64,000 nt of DNA from Ginglymostoma cirratum (GCA_024137785.1 JAHRHZ010000002.1:20720881-20784880); one strand, 5' to 3'. Shown: positions 1 through 14,244, counted from the stretch's first letter. The notes: generated by a model not told the origin, from the letters alone. Numbers and translations are program-made.

Positions 1-2070
1 GACAACTAAAAAAGCAATAAGGAGGGAGAAAATGAAATATGAGCATAAGTTAACTAGGAATATAAGAGAAGATTGAAAGAGGTTTTTATAAGGTATGTAG
101 AAGTCAAAAGTGGATATTGGACTGCTGAAAAATGAGGCCAGAGACGTAATAATGGGAACAAAGAAATGGCGGTGGAACAAACAGGTATTCGGTATTAGTT
201 TTCACAGTGGAAGTTACTTTTAGCATTGTAGAACTTCAAGAGTTGGGGGCAGAGGTGAGTGCAGTGTCTATCACTAAAGGTGCTAGAGAACATGAAAGGT
301 CTGAAGGTCGATAAATCATCTGCACCAGGTGGACTACACTCCAGGGTGCTGTACGAGGTAGCTGAGGAGGTTATGGAGGCATCGGTGATGATCTTTCAGG
401 AGCCACTGGAGTCCAAGAGCATCTCAAAGGACTGGAAAGCAGCTAATGTTACACTCCTATTTTAAGAAGGGAGGGAGGTAGGACACAGGAAATTATAGGG
501 TGATTAACCTGACTTCGTTGGTAAGATGTTAGAGTCCATTATTAAGGGTGAGATAGTGGAATTAGGAAATGTGTAGTAAAATAGGGCAGAGTCAATGTGG
601 CTTCATCAAGGGGAGGACATGCCTAACAAATCTGCTCAAAATCTTTGAGGACATAACAAACAAGTTAGACGAAGGAGACCCAGTGAATGTGATGTATTTG
701 GGTTTCCAGTAGGCCTTTGACAAGGTGCTGCATAGGATGTTGCTAAATAAAATGAGATTTAGGGGCAAGGTACAGGCATGGTTAGAAGACTGGCTGACTG
801 GCAGAGCCAGAACGAAGGAGTAAAATGGCCTTTATTTGGGTAGCAGCCTTAAACTAGAAGAGTGCGGCAGAGATCAGTGTTGGTACCACAACTGTTCTTC
901 ATGATCTGAATAAAGGAACTGAGGGCATTATTGCTAAGTTTGCAGATGTCAAAAAGTTGAGTGGAGGGCCAGGTCATGTTGAGGAATCATAGAATTCCTA
1001 CAGTGTGGAAACAGGCCCTTCGGCCCAACAAGTCCACACTGACACACAGAGCCTTTCACCCGGACCTAACCCCTACTCTCCACATCCCTGAACACTACAG
1101 GCAATTTAGCGTGGCCAATCCACCTAGCCTGCACATCTTTGGATTGTGGGAGGAAACCAGAGCACCCAGAGGAAACCCACGCAGACACTGAGAACGTGCA
1201 AACTCCACACAGACAGTTGCCCGAGGGTGGAATCGAGCCTGGGTCCCTGGCGCTGTGAGGAAGCGTGGAAGCCACAGACTAACTTAGACAGATGGAGAGT
1301 GGACAAAGAAGTGGCAGTTGGAAGACAATGTGGAGAAGTGTGAGGTTATGCACTTTGGTTTGAAGATTAGAGGTGTAGACTGTTTTCTAAAATGGGAAAG
1401 GCTTTGTCAGTCTGAAGCACACAGTCTTAGTTCAATTCCTGTTAAGGTTAACATACAGGTTCAGTTGGCAGTTAGGAAGGCAAATGCAATGTTAGCATTA
1501 ATTTTAAGGGCTAGAATACAAGAGAAGGGATGCATTGCTGATGCTTTATAAAGCACTAGTTAAACCCCATTTGAAATATTGTGAGCAATTTTGTGCCCTG
1601 TATCTAAGGAAAGATGTGCTGGTGTTACACAAGAGGTTTACAGGAATGAACTGGGGGGTGATAGGCTTGTCATACAAGGAGCCGTTGAGGACCGGGACTG
1701 TACGTTTAGGAGAATGAGGAGGATCTGATTGCAGCTTACTGAAGACAGATAGATCCTGGGTAGAGTGGACATGGAGAAGTCTTTCCTATTTGTGGAAACA
1801 TAGGACCCAAGTGATGGGTTGGCCCTTCAGAACTGAGGTGAAGAGGAATTTTTTTTTCATCCAGCATGGTGATTCTGTGGAACTCACTGCCACAGAGTGC
1901 TGTGGAGGCCAGGACATTGAAGCTCTTTCAGATAGGTTCTTGATTTGTTAGGGGATCGAGCGTTATGGGGAGAAGGCAGGAAAATGGGGTTGAGAGACAA
2001 ATCAGTTGTGATCAAATGGTGGAACAGGCTTGATGGGCCAAATGACCGAATTCTGCTCCTGTATCTTGTG
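1..2070 (+). mobile_element. Decayed CR1-clade LINE (ORF2 RT region and 3' end)
   Basis: Fragments KSxxPxGLHxRVLxE, DWKxANVTxLF, KFAD, EKCEVMHFG and LYKALVKPHLxYC, with stops and frameshifts. Interrupted by a SINE. Confidence 0.88.
985..1265 (-). mobile_element. HE1-like (V-SINE) tRNA-derived SINE
   Basis: B-box-like ggctcgattcc, V-domain (gtgggtttcc...tcccacaatccaaagatgtgcagg) and CR1-derived tail ending ttctatga. Confidence 0.82.
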
Positions 2071-2397
2071 GTCGTACAGGAAGTTTTGAGTTGGTGAAAC
2101 CCGTATGTAACTCCCTTAATTGAGGTACAATGGGTCAAATGACCCCCAGAAGTGCAATGAATTCACTAAGTTCACTCCTGTTTGATAGAAGTGTGTGATC
2201 ACATATTAACTCACTGGACCAGTCGCTTTGGTGTGGCTTTTAAAGTGGGTTTGTAAGTTTGCATTTGAAGTGCTGTTGGTCAGTGGTGGTAGTCCAATTC
2301 CTGTTTAATCCATTGCACTGCAGTCTAAACCTATGCGAGTTGAGGCTATGCTTTTCTGAGCTCTTTCGCAATACCAGTTTGACACTTTTTTTTTTAG

Positions 2398-2508
2398 CAA
2401 CATCACCATGGCTTACTCTGACGTAAAAGACTTGGTGCTTCGTGACATTGATCGGATCCTCTTCCCTTCCTCGGATTGCCGCCAGTTCAACAAAACTGAA
2501 TCGCTCAG
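2398..2508 (+). CDS. ATF6B: ATF6-beta internal coding exon (luminal domain)
   Basis: tttttag|...ctcag|gt boundaries. Translates [37 protein letters not shown], matching the ATF6B-type LRDLDQLFLSSDCRHFNRTESLR motif rather than ATF6A. Confidence 0.92.
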
Positions 2509-2881
2509 GTATGTTTAAGCTCGTGGGGGCTGGTTGAGGTAGGATTGAGTGGGGTTGTGTGTGTATGGGAGAGTGTTGTGGGGGCTGGGAAAGGAAGGAG
2601 GAGGATGACAGCTGAAATGAGAGATTTTAATCCTATCCCTGAGGTACCACTTAAGTCACTGGAGAATCCCTTTTAACTCTTTCACCATTAGAAGTTGCAC
2701 AGAAGCAAAGGTTTTCCATAACCAACCAATGTCAACCCACGTAGCCTGTTGAGAAAACCAATTTTGGGGTAAAGTGTCTCTGTGTGTCTGTCTGTCTCTT
2801 CAGTGCTGTCTAGGCGATAAATTAAATGGCTGGCTATTATGTTAGAAGTTTTGTTGTCTTCAATGTCTCTCTCCAATTCAG

Positions 2882-2981
2882 ACTTGCCGATGAATTGCGT
2901 GGCTGGGTACACCGACATCAAATTGAAAGGACAAAGTCCAACGAGAAACCAAAGCGTCAAAAGAAATTTAAACAAGGCATG
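2882..2981 (+). CDS. ATF6B: ATF6-beta internal coding exon
   Basis: ttcag|...atg|gtaagt. Encodes [33 protein letters not shown], in phase with the previous exon. Confidence 0.92.
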
Positions 2982-4487
2982 GTAAGTGGAGATTGCCCAA
3001 GTGCTGAAACATGTCTGTATGAGGTGAAAATAAGTGTGACTGATCCTACTATTTACCTGTGTGTACATGTTCCCTCACCAAAGAAGTTGGCAGAGATTAT
3101 TGCTTCACAAAATTAATATACACTCAGCAGTCTCTGCTGGAGACTGGACATGTGGAATCCTTGAGGACTAACAGTTGTTGCCTGATCTCATCCTTGTTTT
3201 AAGACCTGAAGAGTCTCCGCTTTGAGCTGTTCTTCATGCTGATAGATTTGTGCTTCATTTCCCATCTTTACTCTTGAATCTCTCCACTGCTTCACCCTCC
3301 CTCTCTGTAATCTCCTCTAGTTCCACAACCCTTTGCAGTCTAGATGCTCAGCTAATTCTGGTCAGTTGCTTATCATCAGTTTGCTTTCAGTTGCTGTACC
3401 TTTACTTGATGAGACCCGAAATATTCCTCCTTAAACACCTGTACCTTTCTGACCCCTTCAACTTTAACTAAACTTTGCTCATCTAATCCTCATAGATCCT
3501 TGTGTGGTTTGGTCCCAGGTAATGACTGATTATGCTTCTATGCGCATTTTATGTTAAAGGTGCTACTTTAAAATGCAAATAATTCAGGATGTGCCCTTGC
3601 GTCTCGTAGTTTGTGGGATCAGTGTTTTATAAACACGGTCTGCCAAATTGACATTTCCTTGACATTGTTCTTTGTGTGAGGCTGTCACTTTTCTGAGCTC
3701 CATCATAATCCAGAGTACTAACTGATGACTGATAATTGGGACAGTTGAAAGCGGCCAGGATTACTTTACTGGGAACATTTTGAAATCATTAAGCGTGCAC
3801 TGCTGCCTAACACCATAAAGTCTGGCGACTATAATGCGTGCCAATTTTTCTTATTTATTCAAACTGCTGTGCAACATTGTCTGAAGAGAATGAAGATGTC
3901 AATGAAGAAATAATTTGCAAATGTTGATCATCCTATTTCATTCTCTGGGTAACCAAGCGCCCTTTAGTCAATTAATTACCTTGAATGAAATTGGTGTCGT
4001 TGTTAATGATTGTCAGCTAGTTAATTTGTATGGTTTGATTTTAGAGGAATGTTTGTCAAGTGTCCAGGAGGATGTCAGATAATGTTTTAGCGTGTTTTAA
4101 GCGTATGTTACAAAGTATATTTTTAGATGTGTATCAAATATGTTCAGTAATTTCACACGTGTAGGTAGGTGGGTCCTCTGTTTAATACCTCACCTGCAAG
4201 TTGACATCTCCAGCAATGGGGTACTCCTACAGTTTCCTAGTGTGGCACAATGGGTCAACCTAGATTATGCTCTCAGAACTCAAGAGACATTTGAACCCAT
4301 GAGAGCTTCCTGACCCTCATGCAGAAGTACCCCTGCAACCTGATGCTTGAACAGGATTCATTAATTTGTTCCCCTCCATCAAAGACAAGAGGGGTGCTGC
4401 TTTTGAATCCTTCTGTGTTTGTAGAATGGGCAAAGGGGAATGTGGTCAGAGGTTATTTGTTAATTGTTGTCAGTGTCTGTCTTTCAG

Positions 4488-4555
4488 AGGGCACAGCAGA
4501 GGAAGATCAATCTGTCCCGGTTTATTTCAGTTCATTCTGCGGAGGCTTCCACCAG
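4488..4555 (+). CDS. ATF6B: ATF6-beta short internal coding exon
   Basis: ctttcag|...accag|gt. Encodes RAQQRKINLSRFISVHSAEAST(R). Phase 0 in, phase 2 out, exactly bridging the flanking exons. Sequence is poorly conserved, so support is mainly phase and splice sites. Confidence 0.72.
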
Positions 4556-6031
4556 GTGTGTACACAGACTTCTGCCTCAGCGATTCGTCCATGTATTTGG
4601 ACCATCGTTTAATTTCAGACGGTTGGCTGACTCTGTTGAATTAAACACTTCTTTCCTCACTTCAAACTGGCTTCTTTTAAGCAAAGCAAGGATCATTCCT
4701 TTACCCAGCAGGCAAAAGAGGCTGGTTCAGATTTGTACTATAGCAAGTAATTTCTGAGAATCCTGCGGGATGCTAATCTGGCTGCGTGTTTACATTCCAA
4801 AGCAGCCTGATGTAACAGAGCAGCAAAATTACAGGGAAAATGCTCTGCCTCTTGATCATTAAATTGGCTTCAATTTGGGGAAGTCACAACTGATTAAAGC
4901 ACATCATTCCATTTATAGAATTTCAAACTTGGAATCTTTTCATCTGAGTTTTTTTTGTGATCTCTTGGCTACTGTGCTCCAAATATTCCACATCAGTTTG
5001 AAAATGGACTTGTTTTTTAATTGCCCTTTTTTTTTTTTTGTTTTGCTTGGGTCATTCCCATCTTTATTTATCCCCTTCTTTTCCTATTTTGCAAATGGTA
5101 ATGTTTGCCACTACTGTACCTTGGGAGTACCAGTATATATTAACAAAATCTGTTTCCAAAGCTGTGACCATCATCATTTTTCACTTTTTTGGGTGAGGGG
5201 TCAAATCAAGACCCCGTCAGTAAAATATTTCACAAATACCTTATTATAGAAGATCAAGGGATTTACCACTAGAATCTTTAGCTTTAATTATCCCTCAATC
5301 TATATCATTTTAAAAAAATACGATATAGCCCTTTATCATTGCTGTTTGTAAGAGATTTCTGTCTATAATTTGGCTGTTACAGTTCCACAACTATGGTAGT
5401 GGCGACACTTCAAGATTACTGCCTATATTGCACATTGAAATGCCCTGAGATTGTAAATTTTGCCATGTAAATACAACCTTTGTTTCTTCCTTCCTGGTGC
5501 AATGAATTTAATTCTTTCTGTGCAATTGTATTCAATAATTTATTCCCAGTACCAGAAAAAATTGATAATTGACCATTTGTTATTTTAAAAATAAAAGTGC
5601 CTCATGTCCATTCACATTCTTCGCACACATGATCTACTGTGCACTGAAGTTGATCTGATATTCTCAGTCATTATGAATTGTGAATCTGTTCTGCCAATCA
5701 CCTGACAGAGCCCAGAGAGTGAATGTATCACCTGGACAGCCGGTGGAGTTATTGAAAGACTTCGGTGCCATGGGAGACCTGCCAAGGTTGGAAACACCCG
5801 GAGCCCCAGGTGGTTACACATTCTCACCAGAGCTGAAAGCGTTTTCCCACCACAATCCTTCCATATTTAACTCCGAATCTACTCATCACGCCTTGTAGTG
5901 CCTCTACGTTGATACAGGGTCTGGGGTGAGAGCAAGCATATGGTGATCACATTGAATGGTGGAGCAGGCTCGATGGACTAAATGGCCTACTCCTCCTAAT
6001 CTGTGGTTTAAAATGTTTTCCTTGTTGGCAG

Positions 6032-6143
6032 GTTGACCTCCAGTCAGCTACAGGTTTACCAGAGCCCCGAGCAGAGTTACTATGACTTCATGGATGCTAT
6101 CGATAGAAGGGAAGACACTTTCTATGTGGTTTCATTCCGAAGG
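6032..6143 (+). CDS. ATF6B: ATF6-beta internal coding exon
   Basis: ggcag|...agg|gtaaat. Encodes [37 protein letters not shown]; DAIDRREDT is the beta-type form. Confidence 0.95.
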
Positions 6144-6269
6144 GTAAATATGAGCAGTTTTTGAATGTCGCTGGTTTGTGTGCTAGCGCATGCGCATGTG
6201 TGTGGTGAGTGCTAATGGGCACAAGCATGTGGCAGGATTTAAATCTTAACTTCCTCTACCCTGTTACAG

Positions 6270-6354
6270 GATCACCTGCTGTTACCAGCTATCAGTCACA
6301 ACAAGACCAACAGGCCGAAGATGTCCCTTGTGATGCCAGCAATGGCAGTGAATG
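6270..6354 (+). CDS. ATF6B: ATF6-beta internal coding exon
   Basis: ttacag|...aatg|gtaagc. Encodes [28 protein letters not shown]. Confidence 0.95.
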
Positions 6355-6546
6355 GTAAGCAAGAGTGCCGCCTGCTTAAAGTTGAACTAGACCATCTGAG
6401 AACAGAAACAAACCATTTGAACGAACACTTAATGATTTTGAATGTGTTTCCTCTTGATCTCTGCTCAAAAGGGAAATGACCAACTGAAACATGCTGCAGA
6501 CTAGCCCCTGCTTTCAACTGCTGCAGCTGCAGAAGATGAGAAATGG

Positions 6547-6880
6547 TCATAGAATCATAGAATCCCTACAGTGTGGGAGCAGGCCATTCAGCCCATCAAA
6601 TCCACATTGACCTTCCGAAAAGCTTCCTACCCAGTCCCTGAAACCCTGCACTTCCGTGGCTAATCTACCTAGCCTGCACATCCCTGTAGATACTATGGGC
6701 AATCTAGCATAGCCAATCCACCTAACCTGCACATCTTTGGACTGTGGAAGGACACCGGAGCACCTGGAGGAAACCCAAGCAGACACTGAGAGAATGTGCA
6801 GACTCCATAGAGACAGTCGCCTGAGGCTGAATTCGAACCCAGGTCCCTGGCACTGTGAGGCAGCAGTGATAACCACAAGT
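6547..6880 (-). mobile_element. HE1-like SINE
   Basis: B-box gggttcgaattc, same body as 985-1265. Confidence 0.82.
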
Positions 6881-7599
6881 CAGCCCAGCATGGGAAGCTG
6901 AGGAGCATTTACAATTGAAGTCAAATAGAAGGAACTTTTTTTTGTAGTGGGTTGTTAAGGTATCTATAGAAGAAATGTAAAGAATCAGAATGAAACAGCC
7001 CCAGGTGGCTACACAGTCCCATAAATAGGTAGAATCATTTCAACGAGTGTAGAGGTGAATGTCATGAACACATTCATTCTAAACTGGGCCTAGGAGCCAC
7101 AAATTTTTGCATGTTAGTGTGTGCTGTCTAACCAATTCAGCAGTGTGTTCTCAATAAGTTGCGACTGTTCTTGAACAGTCTGTTTCCAGATGCAGTGAAG
7201 CATGATCAGTGCATAAACAATGCGTGTGCACATAAACAGTGACAGTGTGGCCGGGTGTTTCTAAACCATAGGCTATGAAGAAGAGTCTGAAGGCTCACAA
7301 TTAGTCTGTTTCTGTCCACAAACTGTATTCTAGAGCTTTCGGCTCTCATGCCCCCCTTTGCGATGGGTCACAGTTCATAGGGAAAATAACAGCAATCTGT
7401 TTCAAATGCTGAAACTGGAGAAGTTAAAGGGGTTGAAGATTGGATATGCAAAGGTAAACCCCCACTCTGCCAACCCCTCCATCATCCCAACCCAATGAAG
7501 CACATTATGACAGGGCCACAGTTTCAGTGAAAGTGATGTTACCTAGAAAATCCATTCATTTGAGGAGCTATTTGCCATGGCAGATGGACACTTTCAACC

Positions 7600-9265
7600 T
7601 CTCAAGCCTGCTCTTTAAAATCATAGCTGTCTAATTGTCGGCTTAGCTCCACTTCCCTTCCTGCGCGCGCACACGCACAATAACCATGGAGTCCCTCATC
7701 AAAAATCTAACTCCATCTTCAATAGATGGAGGGGTAAAGGATTACAAACACTAATGACTCTCTTCATCTCTGCCATAAATGGACAACCGCTTAATTTCAA
7801 ACTGTCCACCAGAACTGGATTCCTGAATAAGGCAATGCATCCTTTCAGCATCCATCTTGTGAGACCTCCTCCAATTCTTTTTTGTTTTGATTAAAATCAT
7901 CTCATTTTTCTGCACTTCATTCTGTATAGACCCAACCTGCTCACCCTTTCCTCACACAATAGCTCCTCCATCCCACAAATCAGTCTAGTGGATATTTTGT
8001 GAATTGCTTCCAACGTAAATCCTCCTTTGGGAACGTGATCTCAAATAATACACAGTGACGTCTCTCAGTGCAGCCTCAGCAGTGCACAATGTTTGAGCAA
8101 GTCTTCATATATTGGTATACTCTATGCCCTTGCAAAAAGGCTAATATTACATTTACCTTCTACTACACCTGCATTTGGCATTTTGTGATCTATAACCTGG
8201 AATTCTGTATACCATTCCATGATCTCTCTCAGATTTCAATAATCTGCTTTTTTCCTCTTCCTACCAAAGATGACAATGTAACATTTTCCCACGTCATACT
8301 CCATCTGACTTTTTTTTTTGCCAGCTCTTAACTAATCTGTATCCGTTTGCAGAATCACTGTATCCTGTTCACAATTTGAGTTTCTATCTATTTTTGTGTT
8401 GTCAGTAATTGTGGCTACAGTGCATTGATGGCTTCATCCAAGTCATTAATACAGATCATAAATAGTTAAGTCCCAAGTACTGATCCCTGAGGCATTCCAC
8501 TCCTTGCTGTCTGTCAACTTGGGAATGGCTCATTTATCTCAACGTTGATTCCTATTGATTAGCCAATCCACCATCCATAGAAACATAGAAAAAAGGAGCA
8601 GGAGAAAGCCATTCGGCCCTTCGACCCTTCAAGTCTGCTCTGCCGTTCATCACGATCGTGGCTGATCATCCAACTCAGTAGCCTAATCATGCTTTCTCCC
8701 TGTAACCTTTGATTCCATTCGTCTCAAGTGCTCCATCTAGCCACCTCATGAATACATTCAAGTGTTTGGTATCAATTACTTCCTGAGCTAATGAATTCTA
8801 CAGGCTCACTACTCTTTGGGTGAAGAAATGTCTCCTCATCTCCGTCCTAAATGGTCTAGCCCGAATCCTCAGCCTGTGACACCTGGTTCTGGACACACCC
8901 ACCATCGTTAACATCTTCCCTGCATCTACCTGGACCTGTCCTGTTAGAATTTTGTAAGTCTCTGAGATCCCTCCTCATTTGTCTGAACTCCAGCGAAAGC
9001 AATCTTAACCTAGTCAATCTCCCCTCATATGTCAGTCCTGCCATCCCCAGAATCAACCTGGTAGACTTTCACTGCAGTCCCTCGAGAGCAACAGCCTCCT
9101 CCCTCAGAAAAGGAGACCAAAACTGCGCACAATATTCTAGGTGTTCTAATCTCACCAAGGCCCTGTATAACTGCAACAACATATCCCTGCTCCTGTACTC
9201 AACCTCTCGCAATGAAGGCCAATGTACCATTTGCCTGCTTTACTGTCTGCAGCACCTACATACTA
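7600..9265 (-). mobile_element. CR1 LINE fragments (older 7600-8570, younger 3' fragment 8577-9265)
   Basis: Minus-strand MILGMAGLTYEGRLTRLRLLSLEFRQMR; 3' tail ttctatgtttctatg. Confidence 0.75.
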
Positions 9266-12057
9266 ACCATGTCAAAATATAACCCCAAAGACCATGTGCT
9301 TTTGAGCAGAAGATTGTGACACCCAATCAGATGCTTTTTCAGACATCCAAAAACTCGGAGATTCTCTTGGTCCCCTTTATCTACATTGTTGCATTTCAAA
9401 ATCATGCCCCTTCCTTGTTTTACTTGATGTTGCATTTGCAGTTTTCCAATTCACTTGGACCTTTCCAGAATTTGGGAAATTTTGAGACCGAAAGCCAAGA
9501 GTGGGCAATCATTCAGGATCTAAATATTTCTTTATGCAGTTCATCCATCAGCAGGAATGGACAGAATGGCCAGGGAGAGCAGAGAAAAGCCTGGACTAAC
9601 ACTTTGTTTAACTGCTGCACATTGGCAATGTGTGTTGAGTTAACTGCGTTCCTCTTGCAGCATGGCTGGTTACATGGAAATTTGATAGAATGCTCAAAAT
9701 CACAAAGGATTTTGAGAGGGTAACTTGGGAGAAACTAGATCAGTGACCAGACAACACAGATTTGGGGTAATTTGCAAACAGTCGAAGAGAAAGATGATTG
9801 ACAGCAAGCTGTCATGATTTGGAAGGCGATGCATTCTTGGGCAGTGGAAGCTGATTTTAAAGTAACTCAACAGAGATTGGATCTCTACTTAAAAGAACCA
9901 TTGCAGAGCAATGAGGAAAGGTCAGGTGGAATGAGGCTAATCAGTCCTTTAAAGAACTGCAGCTTCATGATGAGCTGTTCAGCTGTCTGCCCTGCTAATA
10001 AGCGAAGTGTGAAGTTGTCATGGAATATTGCTGGCCCCTTGCTAACCATTTGTATTTTATCAGGGTGACTCCACCGATAAACTGGCTTTCCACTTTTGAC
10101 TTTTTTTGTTTACTCTTTGGCTTATTTATTTTGTAATGTCCGCAACTAGCCATGGGAATTTTCTGCTGCATGTTATTTGGGACTGAAGATATTGACAGCT
10201 AACAGCTGGTATCTTGAGGCATTGACCTAGCCACGCTGTATCTCTGTAACGTCCAGGGTCATTGCCTTCCTCCATTTCTGGCATCTTGTACCTTGATTAT
10301 TGTCATCACTTCTCCCTTGGTGGTTGTACCTTTAAGATCATCTGTGCCATCACTACATTCTGTGCCTAGATGTCAAATTTTGTCCAATCATCGCTGTTTT
10401 AAAGTGCAGTGAAAAAACTTTGCCATATCACAAACACTTGCTGCTGTATCCTTTGGACCTCAAATAGGCCTTGGGTTGTTCGAATGTACAAATCAGAAAC
10501 CAAGGGGGTCTATACTCCTCCATTTGTTTTGATGATGGCTGAAGTGAAAGCAAAATACTATTATAAGTCTGAAATGAAAACATTAAATGCTGGAGAAACT
10601 TGACGGCACTGGCAGCATCTGTGGCGAGGGAAGCGAAATTAAATTTTGAACCCAATGATTGTTTACACTTCAGTTTCCACATTCCAATCTATCTCTGATC
10701 ATTCCATTACCTGACAAGAATCTAGCCATCTATATCTTAAAAATATTTAATGAGCACCACCCCCACCTCCACCTTCCAAGGCCTAGAGTTCCAAAGTCAG
10801 AGAACACGCAAAAAATAATTGAGCTCAAAGCCTAATATTAAAATAGCGTCCCAAGTTCTCAACTCCCCTGTGAGAATAAATATCCTTTCCCACATACTTG
10901 TCCAGACCATTCAAAATTTTATACACTTCAATCACACCTCACACTACCATATTCCAGTGAAAGTAAGCCCAGCCTGTCCAATCGTTCGTCCTAGACAACC
11001 CAATCCTCCAGGTAGCTTCTCTGAATGGCCTTCAACACATTTATGTCCCTGCCTGTAAGCAGACCAAAATGCATACAGCAGTCAAGATGCGGTCTCCCCC
11101 AATGACCTATACAACTGAAGTGAAACGGTCTTACTTCTCTTGAGATAGTAAGAACTGCTGATGCTGGAGTCAGAGATAACACAGTGCGGAGCTTGCAGGC
11201 CAGGCAGCATCAGACGAGCAGGAAAGCTGACGTTTCGGGTTGGGTTCCTCATAACACAGGATAACCTTCTATTAAGCTTAATCACTTGCTGTATCTGTTT
11301 ATTAACTTTGTGACATATACTATTCAGTAAATTTCTCTGATACAGCAGTGCTTCTCCTGAGCAGCTGTGGCGGTGTTGTTGAGCAGGTTACTTGGACTTG
11401 CATGCACCTGTGCTGACATGTAAGGCTGTACACTTTTGAAGGCTTTCATAATACCTGTACATTCTTGGAGAAGATCCTCAAATTTTACAGAATTTGCTCT
11501 CAAACTGCAATTCCTTCTCTGTTTTAATTGAAACTGTTTCGTGAAGGAATCCTTTTGTGTTGGGCTCCAGGCAGCTGTCAGTCTGAATGCTGTCATTACA
11601 GTCTAATCTTGTACTTCGGTTGTACCGACAGATGCCTGTGGAAATCTGTGATATGTTTAGCGATGGGTGGTACATACCAAAAAAAAAATGAACGTTTGGA
11701 CTTGCACAGACTGGTAACCCAATAGCAGCAGTCCTTTGAATTTTTTTTTTCAAAGATGTTTTCAGCATCTCAAAGCAGAAGTTGCCTAGCTTTAACTCTG
11801 GAAGTGTTCCCTTTGTTAGCTTACTTACAATTAACTGATCCTGATATCTGTCCATAAACAGAAAATCTATTCCCTCGAGCAAGTGAGTCAATTAACTAGA
11901 AGGAAGTGATTTTAGATTGTTGGTGAAATATCTGGGTGTGGGGCAGGGCAGTTTTTCTCATTAAGCTATCAGGATCTGGTACAACAAATATTTTTGCGGC
12001 TTATAGTTAGTTTTATAAGATTTGGCAGGTACTTGAACCAAGGGGAAATTACATGGT

Positions 12058-12353
12058 ATCAGAGATAAAAGGTACTGCAGATGCTGGAGAATCCAAGATA
12101 ACAAGCATGGGGCTGGATGAACACAGCAGGTCAAGCAGCATCATAGGAGCAAGAAAAATTGACGTTTTGGGCCTAAACCGAAGGGATCCTGCAGCAGAAA
12201 TGTGCATGAGGATGGAGAGCAACCTCTGCAGTCAGGAAAGGTCAATCAGTCTGTTCTGCAAACTGAAGGGTTTAGGCCCGAAACGTCAAGTTTTCCTGCT
12301 CCTATGATGCTGCTTGACCTGCTGTGTTCATCCAGCCCCATGCTTGTTATCTC
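12058..12353. mobile_element. Short fold-back (palindromic) non-autonomous PLE-derived element
   Basis: Arms nearly identical to the termini of the 49306-51285 element. 14-bp direct repeat ggaaattacatggt at 12044-12057 and 12354-12367. Confidence 0.85.
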
Positions 12354-13978
12354 GGAAATTACATGGTCATGGTTAAAAGATGAGAGTATGGTGCCAAGGA
12401 CAAGTGGTCTTTCAAAGAGCCAGCACAGGTACAATGGAGTGAATGGACTCCTCCAATGCTCTTGTTTCTATGATTCTGCAGCAGAAATGTGCATGAGGAT
12501 GGAGAGCAACCTCCAGTCAGGAAAGGTCAATCAGTCTGTTCTGCAAGGATTGCCACTGGTCCTTCCCTGTCTAACCTCACAGCATCCGCTGACCCCAGTT
12601 TCTTACTGATAGCCTAAAGATAGGTCCTAACCAAAGGTACAACAGGAGATAATTTCATCCTGCAGGTCTGCACAAATAAAACTCAAACAAAACTGTTAAG
12701 GTCTCCATAACTCGTTTTCTCCTCATAGCCTCCCATGGCATGGTTTTTGAAGAACAGCAAAGGAATCTTCCTGGTATCCTGGATCCAATGAAATTGCTTT
12801 TGACAAAAAGGTGGAGTCATGTTTGTGGGATCTTGCTCTGCCTGACACTCTCTGCTACAATTTCTACGTTACATCACTGACAATACTTCAGTAGAGCCCT
12901 ATGGAGCAACTTGGGGTTGTCGCAGTGACTGTGGGATGTTGAATGTCCACCGAAGAGGTAATGGACATCTTGGTTAAACGCAACAGTTCCCGAACACACC
13001 ACAGCCACACATTACTGTGATTCAGCTCCTTGAGAGCAGTTTATTTGTGGTCCGGCACGAATGCTTCACTCAAAGCCTATGCGGCATCAGATGACCTCAA
13101 CTCAGTGGCTGACATAACTTTTCCCCAACGTAAAAACTGTGTTTTATTACCTCCTGCTCTACACAAATGTCCTGCTCCCTCTAATTTGCTTTCCTTGTAG
13201 TCATGAGCAAGGCTGACCATACCTGTCATAACTTCAGGTCATCTTAGCCAGTGAAATATGATCTGGTATAATGTGGCAACCATTTGATACATAGTAAGCT
13301 CCACCAAACAGGTAAGAGGTTTTTTTTTTGTAAAAGTGCAAAAAAACAGCAGAAGCTGGAAAACTGAGCCAAAACCAGAAGTAATTGGAGAAACTCTGCA
13401 GGTCTCGCTCATTTGTGGAGTGAAAGCAGAGTCTACGTTCACGTCCAGTGACTTTTGCTTTAGATGATGTTGATTGAGGGATAAATATGACGAGGTCACT
13501 GAGGAGACCTGCCCGCGCATCTTTTTTTCTAGAGAACAAATTGAGTCTCATCTGAAAGATGGTATTTCTGACAGTACCGCACTCCTTCAGTTCTGCACTT
13601 GGGCTGCTGGTTTACATTTTGTTTCCCAAAGTCTCTGGTTTGGGATTGAACCCACAACCTTCTGATTCAGAGCCAAGAGTACTTCCTACTGAGCCGCAGC
13701 TGATCAATTAAAGTGGAAAGTTGGAATCCTTTCCATAAAGGAAATCAGCTGAAAATTTTCAAAACTGGGGGTGACACGAGTTTTTGGTAAGAGTATTGAG
13801 GACTGTGGAATCAAAATGGGTAAATAGAGTTGTAATACAGATCATCAGTGGTCTGATTGAAGAGCAGGATAGGGGCCAAGTGCAGTGGTAGTCTAAGATT
13901 CAACATGTAACAAGCAGTATTTTCTTTTTCATGTATTTCTCCAAACCTAATGCATTCTCTGTTTTCTTTTTCCCTCAG

Positions 13979-14244
13979 AGAGTCTGCACAACACCACACG
14001 AGGTTACGAGGTGATGATGCAGATCGATTGTGAGGTGATGGACACCAGAATTATTCAGATCAAGAGCTCGTCAGTGCCCCCTTCTCTCCGGCAGCCTCAG
14101 CACAATGGCACGGGTTCCTACCACCCCCACAGCAACACCAGCAGGGCACCCAGTGCCAGGAGGCTACGGCCTCCACCACTACCCGTCTCTGCACCAAGCA
14201 CCAAGAACCCACTGTACCTCACAACAGAAGACAGTGAAGTGTAG
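13979..14244 (+). CDS. ATF6B: ATF6-beta terminal coding exon
   Basis: Long pyrimidine tract then ctcag|. Encodes [39 protein letters not shown]...[12 protein letters not shown], in phase with exon 6270-6354. Confidence 0.95.

Noticed and set aside
1225-1265. tRNA-like B-box sequences (also ~6830, 36265)
   Set aside because: These are SINE heads, with no complete cloverleaf.
14227-14244. ATF6B C-terminus EDSEV resembling a class I PDZ-binding motif
   Set aside because: The ATF6 C-terminus is ER-luminal and cannot meet cytosolic PDZ proteins.
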